Assembly (NCBI GenBank): GCA_963765765.1
Contig: CAVXYC010000001.1
Location: 334,514 to 398,513 of the forward strand
Length of the DNA stretch: 64,000 nucleotides
Direction of reading: 5' to 3'
DNA from: an uncultured Chloroflexia bacterium
GTDB lineage: Bacteria > Chloroflexota > UBA6077 > JACCZL01
This document shows, one piece after another, positions 42,386 through 53,126 of the stretch (position 1 is the first letter of the stretch; each line of letters begins with the position of its first letter). The notes under the pieces were generated by a model. That model was not told the DNA's origin, ran no database searches, and saw only the letters and a program-made list of their open reading frames with translations. The position numbers were made by a program, and so were the translations under genes.

Positions 42386-43583
42386 GTGATCGGCAGCTCA
42401 CGTGTGCGCATCAGCATTCCGCTGGTTTCTCTGATGGTGATGACCGCGTGTGGACCCGCGAGTCCCGCGGTCTCACCGACCGCGCCACCCGAAAAGCCAG
42501 CAGCGGCAGTCGCAACCGCCGTTCCGGCCAGCAGCTAAGGCTGCTGCCGAGCCAACCGCTCCGGCCCCAGCTCAGCCAACAGCGGCGCCCACTGAAGACC
42601 CTGCGCTCGTGTCGCTCTGGAGAGGTAAGACGATCACGATGATCGTCGGTGATGCCGCCGGCGGGGGAACGGACACAACAGGTCGAATCGTCTCGCGCCA
42701 TCTATCTCGATATCTGCCAGGTCAGCCTCAAATCATCGTCCAAAATATGCCCGGAGCGGGTCATCGGGTGGCTACTAACTTCGTCTATCAGGCGAAAGCC
42801 GATGGACTCACGATTGGTCTGGTGGACCGTGGCGTTCCCTCATATCAGCTTCGCGGTGAAGGCGCTGATCAGGGAGTGCGATACGACTCAACTGCCATTA
42901 CCTGGCTCGGCAGTCCAACCGTCGTGACGCAGGCACTACTCGTGCACCAACGCGCCGGCATTACCGCGAAGGATCTCAAACCGCTGGAACAGAAAACGAT
43001 AACGATTGGCCAGACCGACGTTGGCGGGGCTTCGCACGCGCCACAACTCGTCTTGAACAACGTGCTTGGCTGGAAGACCAAGGCGATCTTTGGCTACGAG
43101 GGCAGTACCGGACGACTCTTAGGGATCGATCGCGGCGAGGTCGATGGCATTCTGACCGTCTGGGACTCGCTCCGTCGGCAGAAGGGCGACGAAATTCGTA
43201 GCGGTGTTCTACTTCCGCTGGTACACATTGGTCAGAGGGTGCCGGACCCGCTGCTCGCTGGCGTCCCAACAGCCGATGAGCTCTTTGCGGAGAAGAGCGT
43301 CGCCGACAAGCAGCTTCTCGCCCTCACCCAGCGCCCGTACGATTGGGGGCGCCCGGTTATTGCCCCTCCCGGTCTGCCCCAGAATACAGCTACTGCGCTC
43401 CGAAACGGCATGACCGCCATGATGGCTGACTCGCAATTTCTTGCCGAGGCGAAGCAGATCGACCTGGACGTCATTCCGGTCACAGGCGAACGAATCCAAG
43501 CGCTGATCGAGGAATACATGAGCACGCCTCGAGCAGTGATCGAGAGACTTGACGAGCTGATTCAGGCGGACACGCCGTCCTGA
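42386..43583 (+). CDS. TctC/Bug-family substrate-binding lipoprotein (frameshift near 42530)
   Basis: AAGGAGG RBS, GTG start, MTAC lipobox; GKTITMIVG..AGGGTD, VQNMPGAG, ADGLTI, RGEVDG, APPG. Confidence 0.88.
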
Positions 43584-43622
43584 ATCAAACTAATTTCACG
43601 GTCCGATTTGGGCCGAGGTGCT

Positions 43623-44615
43623 CTAACCCCGAGTGAACTTCTGAATATCGTGCGTCCCCTCCGGCACCAGACCGGAGCGGCCGCCCATGGTGTGGGTGAC
43701 CTCGGCGACGTAGACGTTGCCCTTTGAGTCCACGGTGATGCCGTGCGGCGCCACGAAGTTGCCTTGCGCGGCCATGTCCTCACCGCCCCAGCGTGCCTGG
43801 ACGCGACCATTGAGGTCGTACACGCTGACGCGCCCGGGCCTGGGCTCGGAGATAGTCCCACGGGTGTACGAACGCCAGCCGGCGTCGTTGCGCAGCTCGG
43901 CCACGTAGACGAAGCCGGAGGGATCAATGAATAGCGCGCATGGTCGCTGCACATCCGTCCACTCTTCCATGAACTCGCCGTCCGGGGTGAAGACCTGGAT
44001 GCGCTCGTTCTCTCGGTCCGCCACCAGCACGCGGCTCTCGCGGTCGATCCAGATACCGTGCGGCAGATAGAACTGGCCAGGACCAGTGCCCGGCTCTCCC
44101 CACGATTGGATCAGCTCGCCATCGGCCGTAAACCGATGCACACGACAGTTCCCGTAGCCGTCTGAGACGTACAGCTCGCCGTTAGGCGCAATAGCCAGAT
44201 TGGTGCAGGTGTTGAACGGCCCGGCGGCGCGCACCACAGTGTCGAGGTTGCTGCCATCGTAGCCCGTGTCAGACGGGACGCCCTCATTCCCCATGACTGC
44301 AAGCAGTTTCCCGTCCAGCGTGAACTTGCGGATCACGTGATCGCCATTGCTGGTGCAGTAAACCATGTCGTCCGGGCCGATGGTGATGCCGTGCGTTCGG
44401 GCGGTGAGAATATCTTCACCCCAGCTCGTCACGAAGGTGCCGTCTGGCTCGTAGACCATCACGTGGTTGTCAAAGCGCGTGAAGATGTACACGCGATCGT
44501 TCGAGTCGACGCTGACCCCTGCTACGTCCAGGTGCATCAGACCGTCTGGGCGCTTCTCCCAGTCGGGCACGACGTGAAACGCGAGTGCATTCTCGGTGGA
44601 GCTAGTCTGAGTCAT
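43623..44615 (-). CDS. NHL-repeat beta-propeller (peptidylglycine alpha-amidating lyase-like)
   Basis: Repeated HGI/LAI units; YVSDGYGN.RVH, PGQFYLPHGI, VADRENERIQVF. Confidence 0.9.
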   Translation of the reverse strand: MTQTSSTENALAFHVVPDWEKRPDGLMHLDVAGVSVDSNDRVYIFTRFDNHVMVYEPDGTFVTSWGEDILTARTHGITIGPDDMVYCTSNGDHVIRKFTLDGKLLAVMGNEGVPSDTGYDGSNLDTVVRAAGPFNTCTNLAIAPNGELYVSDGYGNCRVHRFTADGELIQSWGEPGTGPGQFYLPHGIWIDRESRVLVADRENERIQVFTPDGEFMEEWTDVQRPCALFIDPSGFVYVAELRNDAGWRSYTRGTISEPRPGRVSVYDLNGRVQARWGGEDMAAQGNFVAPHGITVDSKGNVYVAEVTHTMGGRSGLVPEGTHDIQKFTRG

Positions 44616-44786
44616 CCTGATCTCCTTCACAGGTTGGACAGCATAGCAGTCGCAGGGGTCAGAGGTTAGAGATCACGGGCTAGAAGTTAGGTCAGTCTGC
44701 CAAGTCTTCTATCTGGGACGCTAGGCCCTGGCCCCTACTGGTATTCCCGGAACGCGCTATGATCGGCTCCGATAAGGGGGAGAGCC

Positions 44787-46017
44787 ATGGTCGTTGTAGC
44801 TGAGCCCGCTGCCTCGAAAGTGCGCACACGCCTGATGAAGGTGGGTGTCGCGGGATTGGGAGCCGGCGCTATTCAAGTGGTCGCGGCGATGGAAGACGCG
44901 CCATATGTGGACCTCGTGGCCGCCGCGGACGTTCGCCCGAAAGCGCTCGAGGCGTTCGCCCAGCGCTATGGCGGGCGGGGGTACGGCTCGGTTGAAGAGC
45001 TGGCCAAAGACCCGGACGTGGAGTGCATCTGGATCTCCACGCCGAATCAGCTCCACTGCGAGCACGCGCTCACGGCTGCCCGCAACGGCAAGCACATCGT
45101 GGTGGAAAAGCCGATGGCCGTCACCATGCAGCAAGCTGCGCAGATGGTGGAGGAAGCCGAGCGGAACAATGTGAAGCTGCTATGCGGTCATACCGCCAGC
45201 CTCATGGCCGGTTTCCGCGCGATGCGCCGCGTGATCACCTCCGGCGAGCTCGGCAAGCCCATGGCGATCAACTGCTGGTCATACGTCGACTGGCTGTTCC
45301 GACCGCGGATGGCTCCTGAGATCGACATCAGCATCGGCGGCGGGGTGCCCTATCGCCAGGGACCGCACCAGTTCGACGTGGTACGGCTAATGGGCGGCGG
45401 CATGGTGAAAAGCGTACGCGGCGCCGTGCGCGACTGGATGCCGTTCCGTGGCAATACGCCTGGTTACTACACCGCGTTTCTGGAGTTTGAGGACGGCCTG
45501 CCGGCCACCGTGGTGAAGAATGCCTACGGCTACTTCCACACCACGGAGCTTGTACCCTGGGCGGGCCCCACGGAAATCCCGGAAGCCAATCGCCTACTGC
45601 GCAAGGCGTTACGCGCTGGTGAGAAGGTGGACGAGAGCGAGCGCAAAGAAGCGATACGTTTCGGCAGCGGCCGCGAGGCACGCGATATTCAGAATCGCGA
45701 TCGGCCGGTGCGCACGGGCTTCCAGCAGGACGCTGGGCTGGTGATCGTGAGTTGTGAGAAGGGCGACATCCGCCAGTCAGCCAACGGACTGACGATCTAC
45801 GACGATGAGGGACATCACGACGTCCCGGTCGACCGGCGTACACGATGAGCGCATGGCCGAGCTGGACGAGATGTACGACGCCGTCGCCGAAAACCGCCCC
45901 GTGCACCACGACGGTCGCTGGGGCATGGGGACGCTCGAGATCATCCTGGCGATGATGGAGTCATCACGCGACGGGAAGGAGATACGGCTGAGCAATCAGT
46001 GCCCCGCGTGGGAATGA
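44787..46017 (+). CDS. Gfo/Idh/MocA oxidoreductase, phthalate cis-4,5-dihydrodiol dehydrogenase (Pht4/OphB)-like (frameshift near 45835)
   Basis: GVAGLG, TPNQLH, VEKPMA, YVDWLFRPR..E.D...GGGV..RQG.HQ.D, VSCEKGDIRQS, HDGRWG..TLE. Confidence 0.88.
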
Positions 46018-46058
46018 GTCGGCTAATGGACTCTGTGTGAGTTGGAACAGGCGAAAAT

Positions 46059-46165
46059 ACGACCCCACCCCAGCCCTCCCCGCTGCGGCAGGGAGGGAGC
46101 GTGTTTAGGAAAACGAGAATCCGGCTCCCTCCCTGCCGCAGCGGGGAGGGCTGGGGTGGGGTCGT
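46059..46165. repeat. paired inverted repeat (CCCCACCCCAGCCCTCCCC family)
   Basis: ACGACCCCACCCCAGCCCTCCCCGCTGCGGCAGGGAGGGAGC and its perfect reverse complement. Confidence 0.9.
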
Positions 46166-46182
46166 TCCTTAAGCCGAACCGA

Positions 46183-46446
46183 TCAGCCAGTCTGCCCGGG
46201 CGAGCGCATGCGGAATTTTCCATCCCGCACCATTCGCTCCAGCTCCTGGACCAGCATCTCAACGGCCTGATTGTCGGACTGTGTGAGCTGTTGCCAGATC
46301 TGGCCGTCCGCACCGCTCTGAGAATACTTGCGATAGGCTTCCAGGCCCTCCAGTTTCGATTGGAGCGCTGTCAGTACGTTGTACGCCTCGTTACTGATTG
46401 GTGAGCCTATCGTTCCGCTTCCCTGCGCACCCTGTGTCATTGTCAT
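46183..46446 (-). CDS. small helical hypothetical protein
   Basis: AGGAG RBS; ISNEAYNVLTALQSKLEGLEAYRKY...WQQL amphipathic helices. Confidence 0.7.
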   Translation of the reverse strand: MTMTQGAQGSGTIGSPISNEAYNVLTALQSKLEGLEAYRKYSQSGADGQIWQQLTQSDNQAVEMLVQELERMVRDGKFRMRSPGQTG

Positions 46447-46608
46447 GTGATCAACTCCTGAAATCTTGTATCGGCAATAAGCGCGAATTGCAGCGTGCGT
46501 GCCTTGACCCTTTGGTCCGGCCCGCGCCGTGCGTTAACTCGCGGCAACGCAGCGCTACGATCCGGCTACGGGCGGACAATACCGGCTCAGCGCGGGGAGG
46601 ACACGACG

Positions 46609-46917
46609 ATGTACGTGACTATCCGGCAGTACGAGGGCGTGGACGTTGAAGCGGTCAAGCGCATGGCTCAGGACCGCCCAGACAATGAAGGCATGGCCGC
46701 GATTGCCAGCGAATTCCCAGGGTTTATTGCTTACTTCCTGGTGGACACAGAGGATGGCGGGCTATTGGCCATAAGTGCCTACCTGGGCCAAGCCGAGGCG
46801 GAAGCCTCCACCGACACGGCGATCCAGTACGTCCGCGAGAACCTGGGTACCCTGGTGCCCAATCCTCCGAAGCTTCTGGCCGGTGAGGTGATCGCCCACA
46901 GCATCCGACCTGAGTAG
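46609..46917 (+). CDS. dimeric alpha/beta-barrel (ABM-like) hypothetical protein
   Basis: GGAGG RBS; MYVTIRQY, PGFIAYFLVD, AEASTD.A..YVRENL, PP...GEV. Confidence 0.75.
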   Translation: MYVTIRQYEGVDVEAVKRMAQDRPDNEGMAAIASEFPGFIAYFLVDTEDGGLLAISAYLGQAEAEASTDTAIQYVRENLGTLVPNPPKLLAGEVIAHSIRPE

Positions 46918-46944
46918 CTTCGAGGCTTCCTCGGCTATTTTTTA

Positions 46945-47051
46945 CCGAACGCCTTGTCATCCTGAGCGTCTAGCGAAGGATCTATCCCACCGGCTTCAGA
47001 GGCCGTGGGGATAGATCCTTCGCTAGACGCTCAGGATGACAAGGCGTTCGG
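46945..47051. repeat. paired inverted repeat (TGTCATCCTGAG..AGCGAAGGATC family)
   Basis: CCGAACGCCTTGTCATCCTGAGCGTCTAGCGAAGGATCTATCCC and its reverse complement. Confidence 0.9.
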
Positions 47052-47083
47052 GTGGCGCGCTCTACAACGCTCGAATCGAGTGT

Positions 47084-48185
47084 CTATCGCCCCATCCGTG
47101 ACTCCACACCGTCCCGGGCGCATTCTTGCTCGTAGAGCGCCAGGACCCGCGGATCTTCGTCCTCATACTCGATCTGGTTTCCGCCGTCGTTCGTCGACTT
47201 GTCCATGTTTTCGTAGCCTCGCTTTGCGGCGTTGGATACGAAGTATCGCGGGCCGCCCCAGTTCGGGCTGCCCAGGGCGAGGTATCGGCTGGGCACATCG
47301 GCTGTGTTGAAGTGCTGGTGGAATGTGGGGCCATCGGGCGGGGCGTAGAGCGTTCCGGGTTTCCAGTCCACTCGCACGGTATTCACCGGGTCCTCGTCGT
47401 CCTTCCATAAGAGGCTGTATCCGTGACCCGTGACGCAGAAGATGTGCGCGCCGGCGTTGTGGCGGTGCGCCTTCTTGTACGTGCCCACGCCGAACTCTGA
47501 GATGTGCGCGTGAAGCGTGCTGTCCGCTAGCGTGAAGTTGACGGTGCGGGCATTGACTCCACGGGCCTTCCACTCCGGAAGCTGGAAACTGGTCAAATCG
47601 GCGACGAAGTTCGTCTCCCACATGTCCCGGCCAGGCTTGACCGCGCGGAATTCACCCTCGCCGCGATAGTAGCGCTCTTCTCCAACGCGATCTCCGAAGC
47701 CGTAGGGGTTGTCGAACACGAAGCCTTCGTTATGGAAGAGATTCAGGATGATTGGAAGGTTGGTAAGCGCGGCGAATCGGGCCGGCTCAGATCCGGACCC
47801 ATTGTGATGCTGATGCTGCGCGTTGATTGGGACCCCGAAGAGACTGCCCGGTCCCCATTCAAAGCTATGCGTTGAGCCGTCCGCGCCTTCCACCGTGGTT
47901 GCGCCCGCTACCGGCCAGGACGTAGATGACTTTGTCATAGAGATGACGCTCCGGCTTGAGCGAACCGCCGGCCGGAATCTCGGCCAGGTAGAGATTCATC
48001 GTGTCGCCCCGACCCACCAGGTGAACAAGCGCACCGAGGCCGCCAAGGCGCTCCCAGGGCTCGAGTGGCTCTGTGAGGCAATCCACCGAATATGAGTCGA
48101 TGATCGGAATGCCTTCTCGTTGAGCCCAGTTCATATAGGAGTCGATCTGGTAGTAGGGATTGTTCTGCCAGTTGTCGTTGGTCAT
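47084..48185 (-). CDS. bicupin, gentisate-1,2-dioxygenase-like fold (frameshifts near 47940-47900)
   Basis: PWERLGG.G, PERHLY, FEWGPGSLF..P.NA.HQH.N, GTYKKAHRH, FHQHFN, GGNQIEYEDE. Confidence 0.82.
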
Positions 48186-48587
48186 GCTCTATTCCTCAGA
48201 ACTTCCCCGTGACTGTAGCCGAGGCAGGCTAATCCAGAAGCCGCGGTTTCATAGTGTGTCCGGCCCGCATCTGAAGGAAATCGTGATCGGCGGTCAGCAG
48301 GGCCTCCTGGCCATCAGCCAGGCCGGGAGCCGTTACACAGCTGCTCTGACGCTCGTGGTTGAGGTATCAGGAAGACCTCTGCGGTCGTTCCCATTAGCCA
48401 GAGCCAGGCCGCGCCTCCTCGCGGCGCGGCTTCGATCCCCTCCTGCCCGAACAGACCCCAACTCGCAAAAAAAGCGGACCAAAACGTGCGTACGGCTGGA
48501 CACCCGGACACCTGATCATTAGATCTCGTGTTCGTGAAATCGAGAGCCCGGGGACGCCACGCCCCTGAGCGAAAGGAGATCGCTACG

Positions 48588-48937
48588 ATGACGCACCGAT
48601 TCCGAGGAGCGGACCAATAAGGGTGGCGAGCGCGGTGCTTGCATTGATGGGGTCGATCATCGGTGCAGGTAGCCGCGAGGCTCGGGCGCAGGGCGGCTGC
48701 CCCGATATCATCATCGAAATCTTTGGTGAGCGTGCGCCGCAAGCGTGTCGGGTTGCTCTCTGTGAGAGTAGCTGGCGCTCCTGGGCCATTTCACCTAACG
48801 GCCAGAACGTTGGCTACTTTCAGATCAATCGTGGCTGGGGCGCCTACGCCAGCACCGATCCCGAAACCAACGTTCGATTCGCATACCAGCTCAGCCGCGG
48901 CGGCTGGGACTGGTCACATTGGAGCTGTAAGCCGTAG
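48588..48937 (+). CDS. small secreted lysozyme-like transglycosylase (SLT/Rpf-like); probable frameshift near 48615
   Basis: AAAGGAG RBS; signal peptide; RVALCESS (catalytic Glu), GYFQIN, DPETNVRFAY.L, W.HW.C. Confidence 0.75.
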
Positions 48938-49326
48938 CGGACGAAGCTCGACGCTAAGCCGCCGAATCGCCGCTACGGTGATTCCCGATAGCGGTCCAGC
49001 ATCTTCTCCGCGGGTGGGGCGTCACCCGTGGAGAAGATAGCCACCATCCAGGACTCCGTTCCCCTGTCAGGCGGTTTCTGCTTCCCTCGCCAGGGATCAG
49101 AGATTGACGAGACGTAGCGGGAGGACACAAAGAACGATGGGGCACGGCGATTCTTTCGGACCATGAAGTGGGCCCGGTTTGACATCGCCGTCGCACCGCT
49201 TCCCCACCAAATCCACCGACCGTAACCTATCGATTACGCGTGAGCGAGGCCGCCACGTGACGCCAGAACGCCCGGAGCTATCGATGTCGACGACGGCCCC
49301 GGCCGCACTGCCAGATCTCGACGCGG

Positions 49327-50471
49327 CTATTCCCCGCTCTGGCTGATGGTAGGGCCTACCTCGCCAGTGCACCACGGGATATAGCCCTTCATGCGGCAGG
49401 TTGCACCGTGCTTGGCGAGATCTGACTCGAAGAGCTCATGGACCTTGCGCTCCTCGTCCTCGTACTCGATCTGATTGCCGCCCAGCTTCACGCTGACATC
49501 GCCGTCGCCACGGTTCACGGCAATGGTCTGGCGATAGCGTCGGCCGCCATATCTCAAGGCAAGGTAGCGAGCCGGTGCATTGCCCGTGTTGAAGTGCTGG
49601 TGGAACCAGTTCTCCGGCGGACGATAACGGCACCGGGCCGCCAATCGCACTTCATCATTTCGGCATCACCGTCTTTCCAGAGCGTGCTGAAGCCATCGCC
49701 GTCCAGGATGATGACGTGAGCGCCAGGCCCATGCCGATGCGCCTTTTTGTAGGTGCCAATCTGGAATTGGGAGATGTGCGCGCCCGTGCTGTTCTCGCAG
49801 AGCTCGAGGCCAATGTGGCCTCCACCTCCACCCCGCTCCTTCCAGCTATGAAGCGTGAGCGAATGCACGTCTGGCACAAAATTGGTCACCAGCGTATGCG
49901 TATTTTTCGATTTGAACAGTTTGCCCTCACCGTTGAAGTAGCCTTGCTCACCGGTGAACCGCTCAGGGAACTGGTAAGGGTTGTTGAAGATAAAGTCCCG
50001 ATTGCGCAGGATACGGATTATCGTCGGTGCGTTGGTAACCGCCATGTAACGCGCCGGATCTCGACCGCTGCCATTGAAATGCTGGTAGGACGCGTTGAGC
50101 GGGATGGCGAAGAGCGAGCCCGTGCCCCACTCAAAGGTCTGCTTCTGATTCTCGTCGTACCAGACGCTGGTGGAACCGCGGCCTGAGACCACGTAGACCA
50201 TCTCTTCATACAGATGCTTCTCGGGCGCAGACTGGCCGCCCGGTGCGATCTCGATGACCTGCGTGTCGTTGACACCGCCGGTGCCTTCCAAGTTCACAAA
50301 GGCGCCACGGCCGCCCTTGCGCTCCCACGGACCAAGCTCCACCGTGCTGAGGTCCTCCAGGTAGAACCCGGTGACGACTGGAGCACCTTCATCACGCTGC
50401 CATGCATCGTACGCGTCGGTGACTTCGATCTCGTCCAATGGCGCCGTGTTAACTTCGGTCTCAGTGGCCAT
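49327..50471 (-). CDS. bicupin, paralog of 47084-48185 (frameshift near 49620)
   Basis: PWERKGG.G, PEKHLYEE, FEWGTGSLF, GTYKKAHRHGPGAH, WFHQHFN, GGNQIEYEDE. Confidence 0.85.
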
Positions 50472-50872
50472 GGCTACCTCCCCTTCGCACGTTCGGCTCT
50501 CACCTGCGAGGTTTGACAGCATGGCACAGGCGCCAGTGGATGTCCAGGGCGGCGGCCCTCAGGGGTGTCGGGCGTCCCGACCGACTGGGGAGCGGATGAT
50601 TCAGCATGGCCACGCTCAGCCCGCGAATCCGTTAGCTTTGAGCGTCCAGCCGAACGTCTAGCGCTCTCAGTCAGTGAAGCCGACGTTCGGCCCGGGTGAA
50701 ACTAGCCACGATTCGATCCGGATCACAACGCTACGCGTTCGGGCTGGAAGCCCGAAGCTACCGATGATTGAGACGCTGGCGCTGAGCGAGCGAGACGCCC
50801 GACACCACCAAGCGGCCGCTCTTTCACCCCTCCGTCGTTCGAGCGCGAGTGTAATGACAGGCCTTAGAACAG

Positions 50873-51316
50873 CTAGATTGCTTCCTCGTCACTGCGACGC
50901 CGTTTGACGGAATAGATTCGCTCTACTCCAAGCACTAGCATGATGAGCAACGTGGAGAGCACCGCGAGTGTGTAACGCTCCGTCGCAACAGACATACCCA
51001 CTGCCGCGACACTCCAGATGCCGGCGGCGGTGGTCAAGCCGCGCACCGTGCCGCCTTCCTTCAGGATCATGCCCCCGCCCAGAAACCCCACGCCCGTCAG
51101 GACATTCGCGGCCACTCGCCCGGGATCGTTATCGGCGGCACCAAAGACGTCCACGGACAGCACCGTGAACAACGCCGACCCAAGCGCAACCAGGCTGAAC
51201 GTCCGATCACCGGCTGGGCTGCCCATGAGCTCGCGCTCCAGCCCAATGATGTAACCGAAAAACCCGGCTAGAACCACTTTTCCGAAAAGCTCTACTTCGT
51301 TCAACGCATGCTCCAA
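50873..51316 (-). CDS. MgtC/SapB family membrane protein
   Basis: IIGLERE...AGDRTFSLV.LGSALF, DPGRVAANVLTGVGFLGGG, VRGLTTAAGIW. Confidence 0.92.
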   Translation of the reverse strand: MEHALNEVELFGKVVLAGFFGYIIGLERELMGSPAGDRTFSLVALGSALFTVLSVDVFGAADNDPGRVAANVLTGVGFLGGGMILKEGGTVRGLTTAAGIWSVAAVGMSVATERYTLAVLSTLLIMLVLGVERIYSVKRRRSDEEAI

Positions 51317-51478
51317 TGTTCTGAGGGTACCGTTCTCGCAATGCGCGCGCCGAAATCCGCATACGGTACGCGCAACCGCCCCGCCGGGCCTTGTCTCTGA
51401 TAAACACCGCACCACAAATTGGTACTGTGCCGGTAGGCGCTTCTTCTTGATCAGTTTGAAAGGGAGTCGTGATCCGCT

Positions 51479-51937
51479 ATGCGCGTGGACGTCGTGAGTG
51501 AAGCCACCATCGATCGACCAATAGATGAGGTCTTCGACTTCGCGTCGGACCCCAGTAACGCACCCCGGTGGTACGCCAACATCAATTCGGTGGAGTGGGT
51601 CACGCAGCCGCCCGTCCAGATGGGCTCACAGATCGCCTTCGTAGCGGACTTTCTCGGTCGACGGATGGCCTACACATATGAAGTGACAGACCTCATACTG
51701 GGTGAGCGATTGGTGATGCGCGCGGCTGAAGGGCCGTTCCAAATGGAGACGACTTACATCTGGGAGGCAACGGCTGACGGCAGCACCCGAATGCTGTTAC
51801 GCAACCGCGGAGCTCCCACTGGTTTCTCCGTGCTCCTTGCCCCGTTCATGGCATGGGCGGTGAAAAGTGCCAATCGCAAGGACCTTGTGCTATTGAAACG
51901 CCTGCTTCTTGCCGTGATGGGCGGCGGCCTTAGTTGA
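51479..51937 (+). CDS. SRPBCC/START-family protein
   Basis: IDRPIDEVFDFASDP.N.P.W, FLGRR..YTYEV, GPF.METTY. Confidence 0.88.
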   Translation: MRVDVVSEATIDRPIDEVFDFASDPSNAPRWYANINSVEWVTQPPVQMGSQIAFVADFLGRRMAYTYEVTDLILGERLVMRAAEGPFQMETTYIWEATADGSTRMLLRNRGAPTGFSVLLAPFMAWAVKSANRKDLVLLKRLLLAVMGGGLS

Positions 51938-52060
51938 CCCCATCGCGGCCTGTCACTCCCGAGGGTGAGTGTTCAGCGGTGGGATACGTAACGACGGCTC
52001 AAGTCAGCCGGTCGCTGACCGACGATCGGTTGACTTGTGAATTGACGCAACCGACGCTCC

Positions 52061-52405
52061 TCAGGCTTCGTAGACGGACAGCACCTCACTTAGCGGCCCA
52101 GGCGGGAGCTGATTGATGTCCACCCCGGTCACGTCCAGGACCTGTCGCTTGAACCACTGATCGAACTCGTCTTGTGATGCCACGAATGTTCCGACCGCCC
52201 CGCCGATGTCCTCACTCTCGAAGAAGACGGCAAACACATCGCCATTGGGCGTGTGCTGGATTGCCCACAGCTCCTTGGTGATGCCCAGTCGCTTTTCAGA
52301 CTCCGCGTACGCGGGCTTGCGCGCACCCTCTAGCTCCTGCAGGAAGCGACGGGCAGCATCAGTCTTTCCCGAGCCGATCGGCAATGAAAACAGCGCGTAC
52401 TCCAT
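52061..52405 (-). CDS. hypothetical protein (dimeric alpha/beta-barrel-like)
   Basis: AGGAGG RBS; LPI..GK.DAAR.F..EL.G.R...Y..S..RLGI..E, FDQWFK. Confidence 0.7.
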   Translation of the reverse strand: MEYALFSLPIGSGKTDAARRFLQELEGARKPAYAESEKRLGITKELWAIQHTPNGDVFAVFFESEDIGGAVGTFVASQDEFDQWFKRQVLDVTGVDINQLPPGPLSEVLSVYEA

Positions 52406-52478
52406 GGTGGTCTCCCTCCTGGCACCCGACTGTGTTCGTGACATCGTCACAATACTTCATGTGGCGATGAAGAGCAGG

Positions 52479-53126
52479 TTAACGGTGGGAGAACCGCTGT
52501 GCCTGTCTAATAAATGCTGGGCCGATCCCGGATGGGACAGGCGTCTCTGCCTGTCTCATCGGCCATCTGCGCTTAACCAAACCGTATTGGGCGGGGACCT
52601 GTCCCACCCAGTTATCGGTGAAGGCTAGCTGTTTGATCACGGAGCGCATCCATGACTGATCGCTCCGAGCTTTCTGAACGATAAGCCAGGCGCTGGCAAT
52701 GGCCGCTGCATCCTCCGTAATTGCTGCCGGCCAATCACGGCCGAGCAGCCCCGCCAGCCAGCCGCGCGCCGCCCGCAGTCCAAACGTACCGATCGCCGCG
52801 CCAACAGCCCCAGCGATCAATCCTCGCATGCGCTCTCCATTGGTTGCGCCGATCACATAGCCGCTCAGCGCACCCGATGCGATGCGCGCGATCAAAGGCG
52901 CCGGCTGAGTGCGGCTCGGCGTCTTCGGCAGCTTGTCTCCTACAAGCTCGCCGAGCGCCAGCCCCGCAAGCACCTTTGACGTCATCGGCTGAGCGAGGAA
53001 TGCCAGCCGCGGGTCGCGAATTCGAAGCCATCCCTGCGAGGCTGCCCAGCTCACCGCCGTCGGCGCTAGCAATGTCCGCGAGCCCGCCACAATCCCGATC
53101 ATTAGCGCCAACAATGTCGCAAACAT
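52479..53126 (-). CDS. DUF4126-like membrane protein (true C-terminus possibly earlier)
   Basis: GIVAGSRTL.APT.VSW, ELVGDKLPKTPSR, ARIASGA, AITED. Confidence 0.75.
   Translation of the reverse strand: MFATLLALMIGIVAGSRTLLAPTAVSWAASQGWLRIRDPRLAFLAQPMTSKVLAGLALGELVGDKLPKTPSRTQPAPLIARIASGALSGYVIGATNGERMRGLIAGAVGAAIGTFGLRAARGWLAGLLGRDWPAAITEDAAAIASAWLIVQKARSDQSWMRSVIKQLAFTDNWVGQVPAQYGLVKRRWPMRQAETPVPSGIGPAFIRQAQRFSHR

Noticed and set aside
44650-44740. Degenerate heptamer run (GGGTCAG AGGTTAG AGATCAC GGGCTAG AAGTTAG)
   Set aside because: Too short and degenerate to support a defined element.
48400-48480. tRNA or c-di-AMP (ydaO) riboswitch suggested by GGCTTCGATCCC and CCCGAAC...AACTCG
   Set aside because: No cloverleaf could be built, and the GCTGAATC / GGGGAAC / GGGGTGAATC elements of ydaO are missing.
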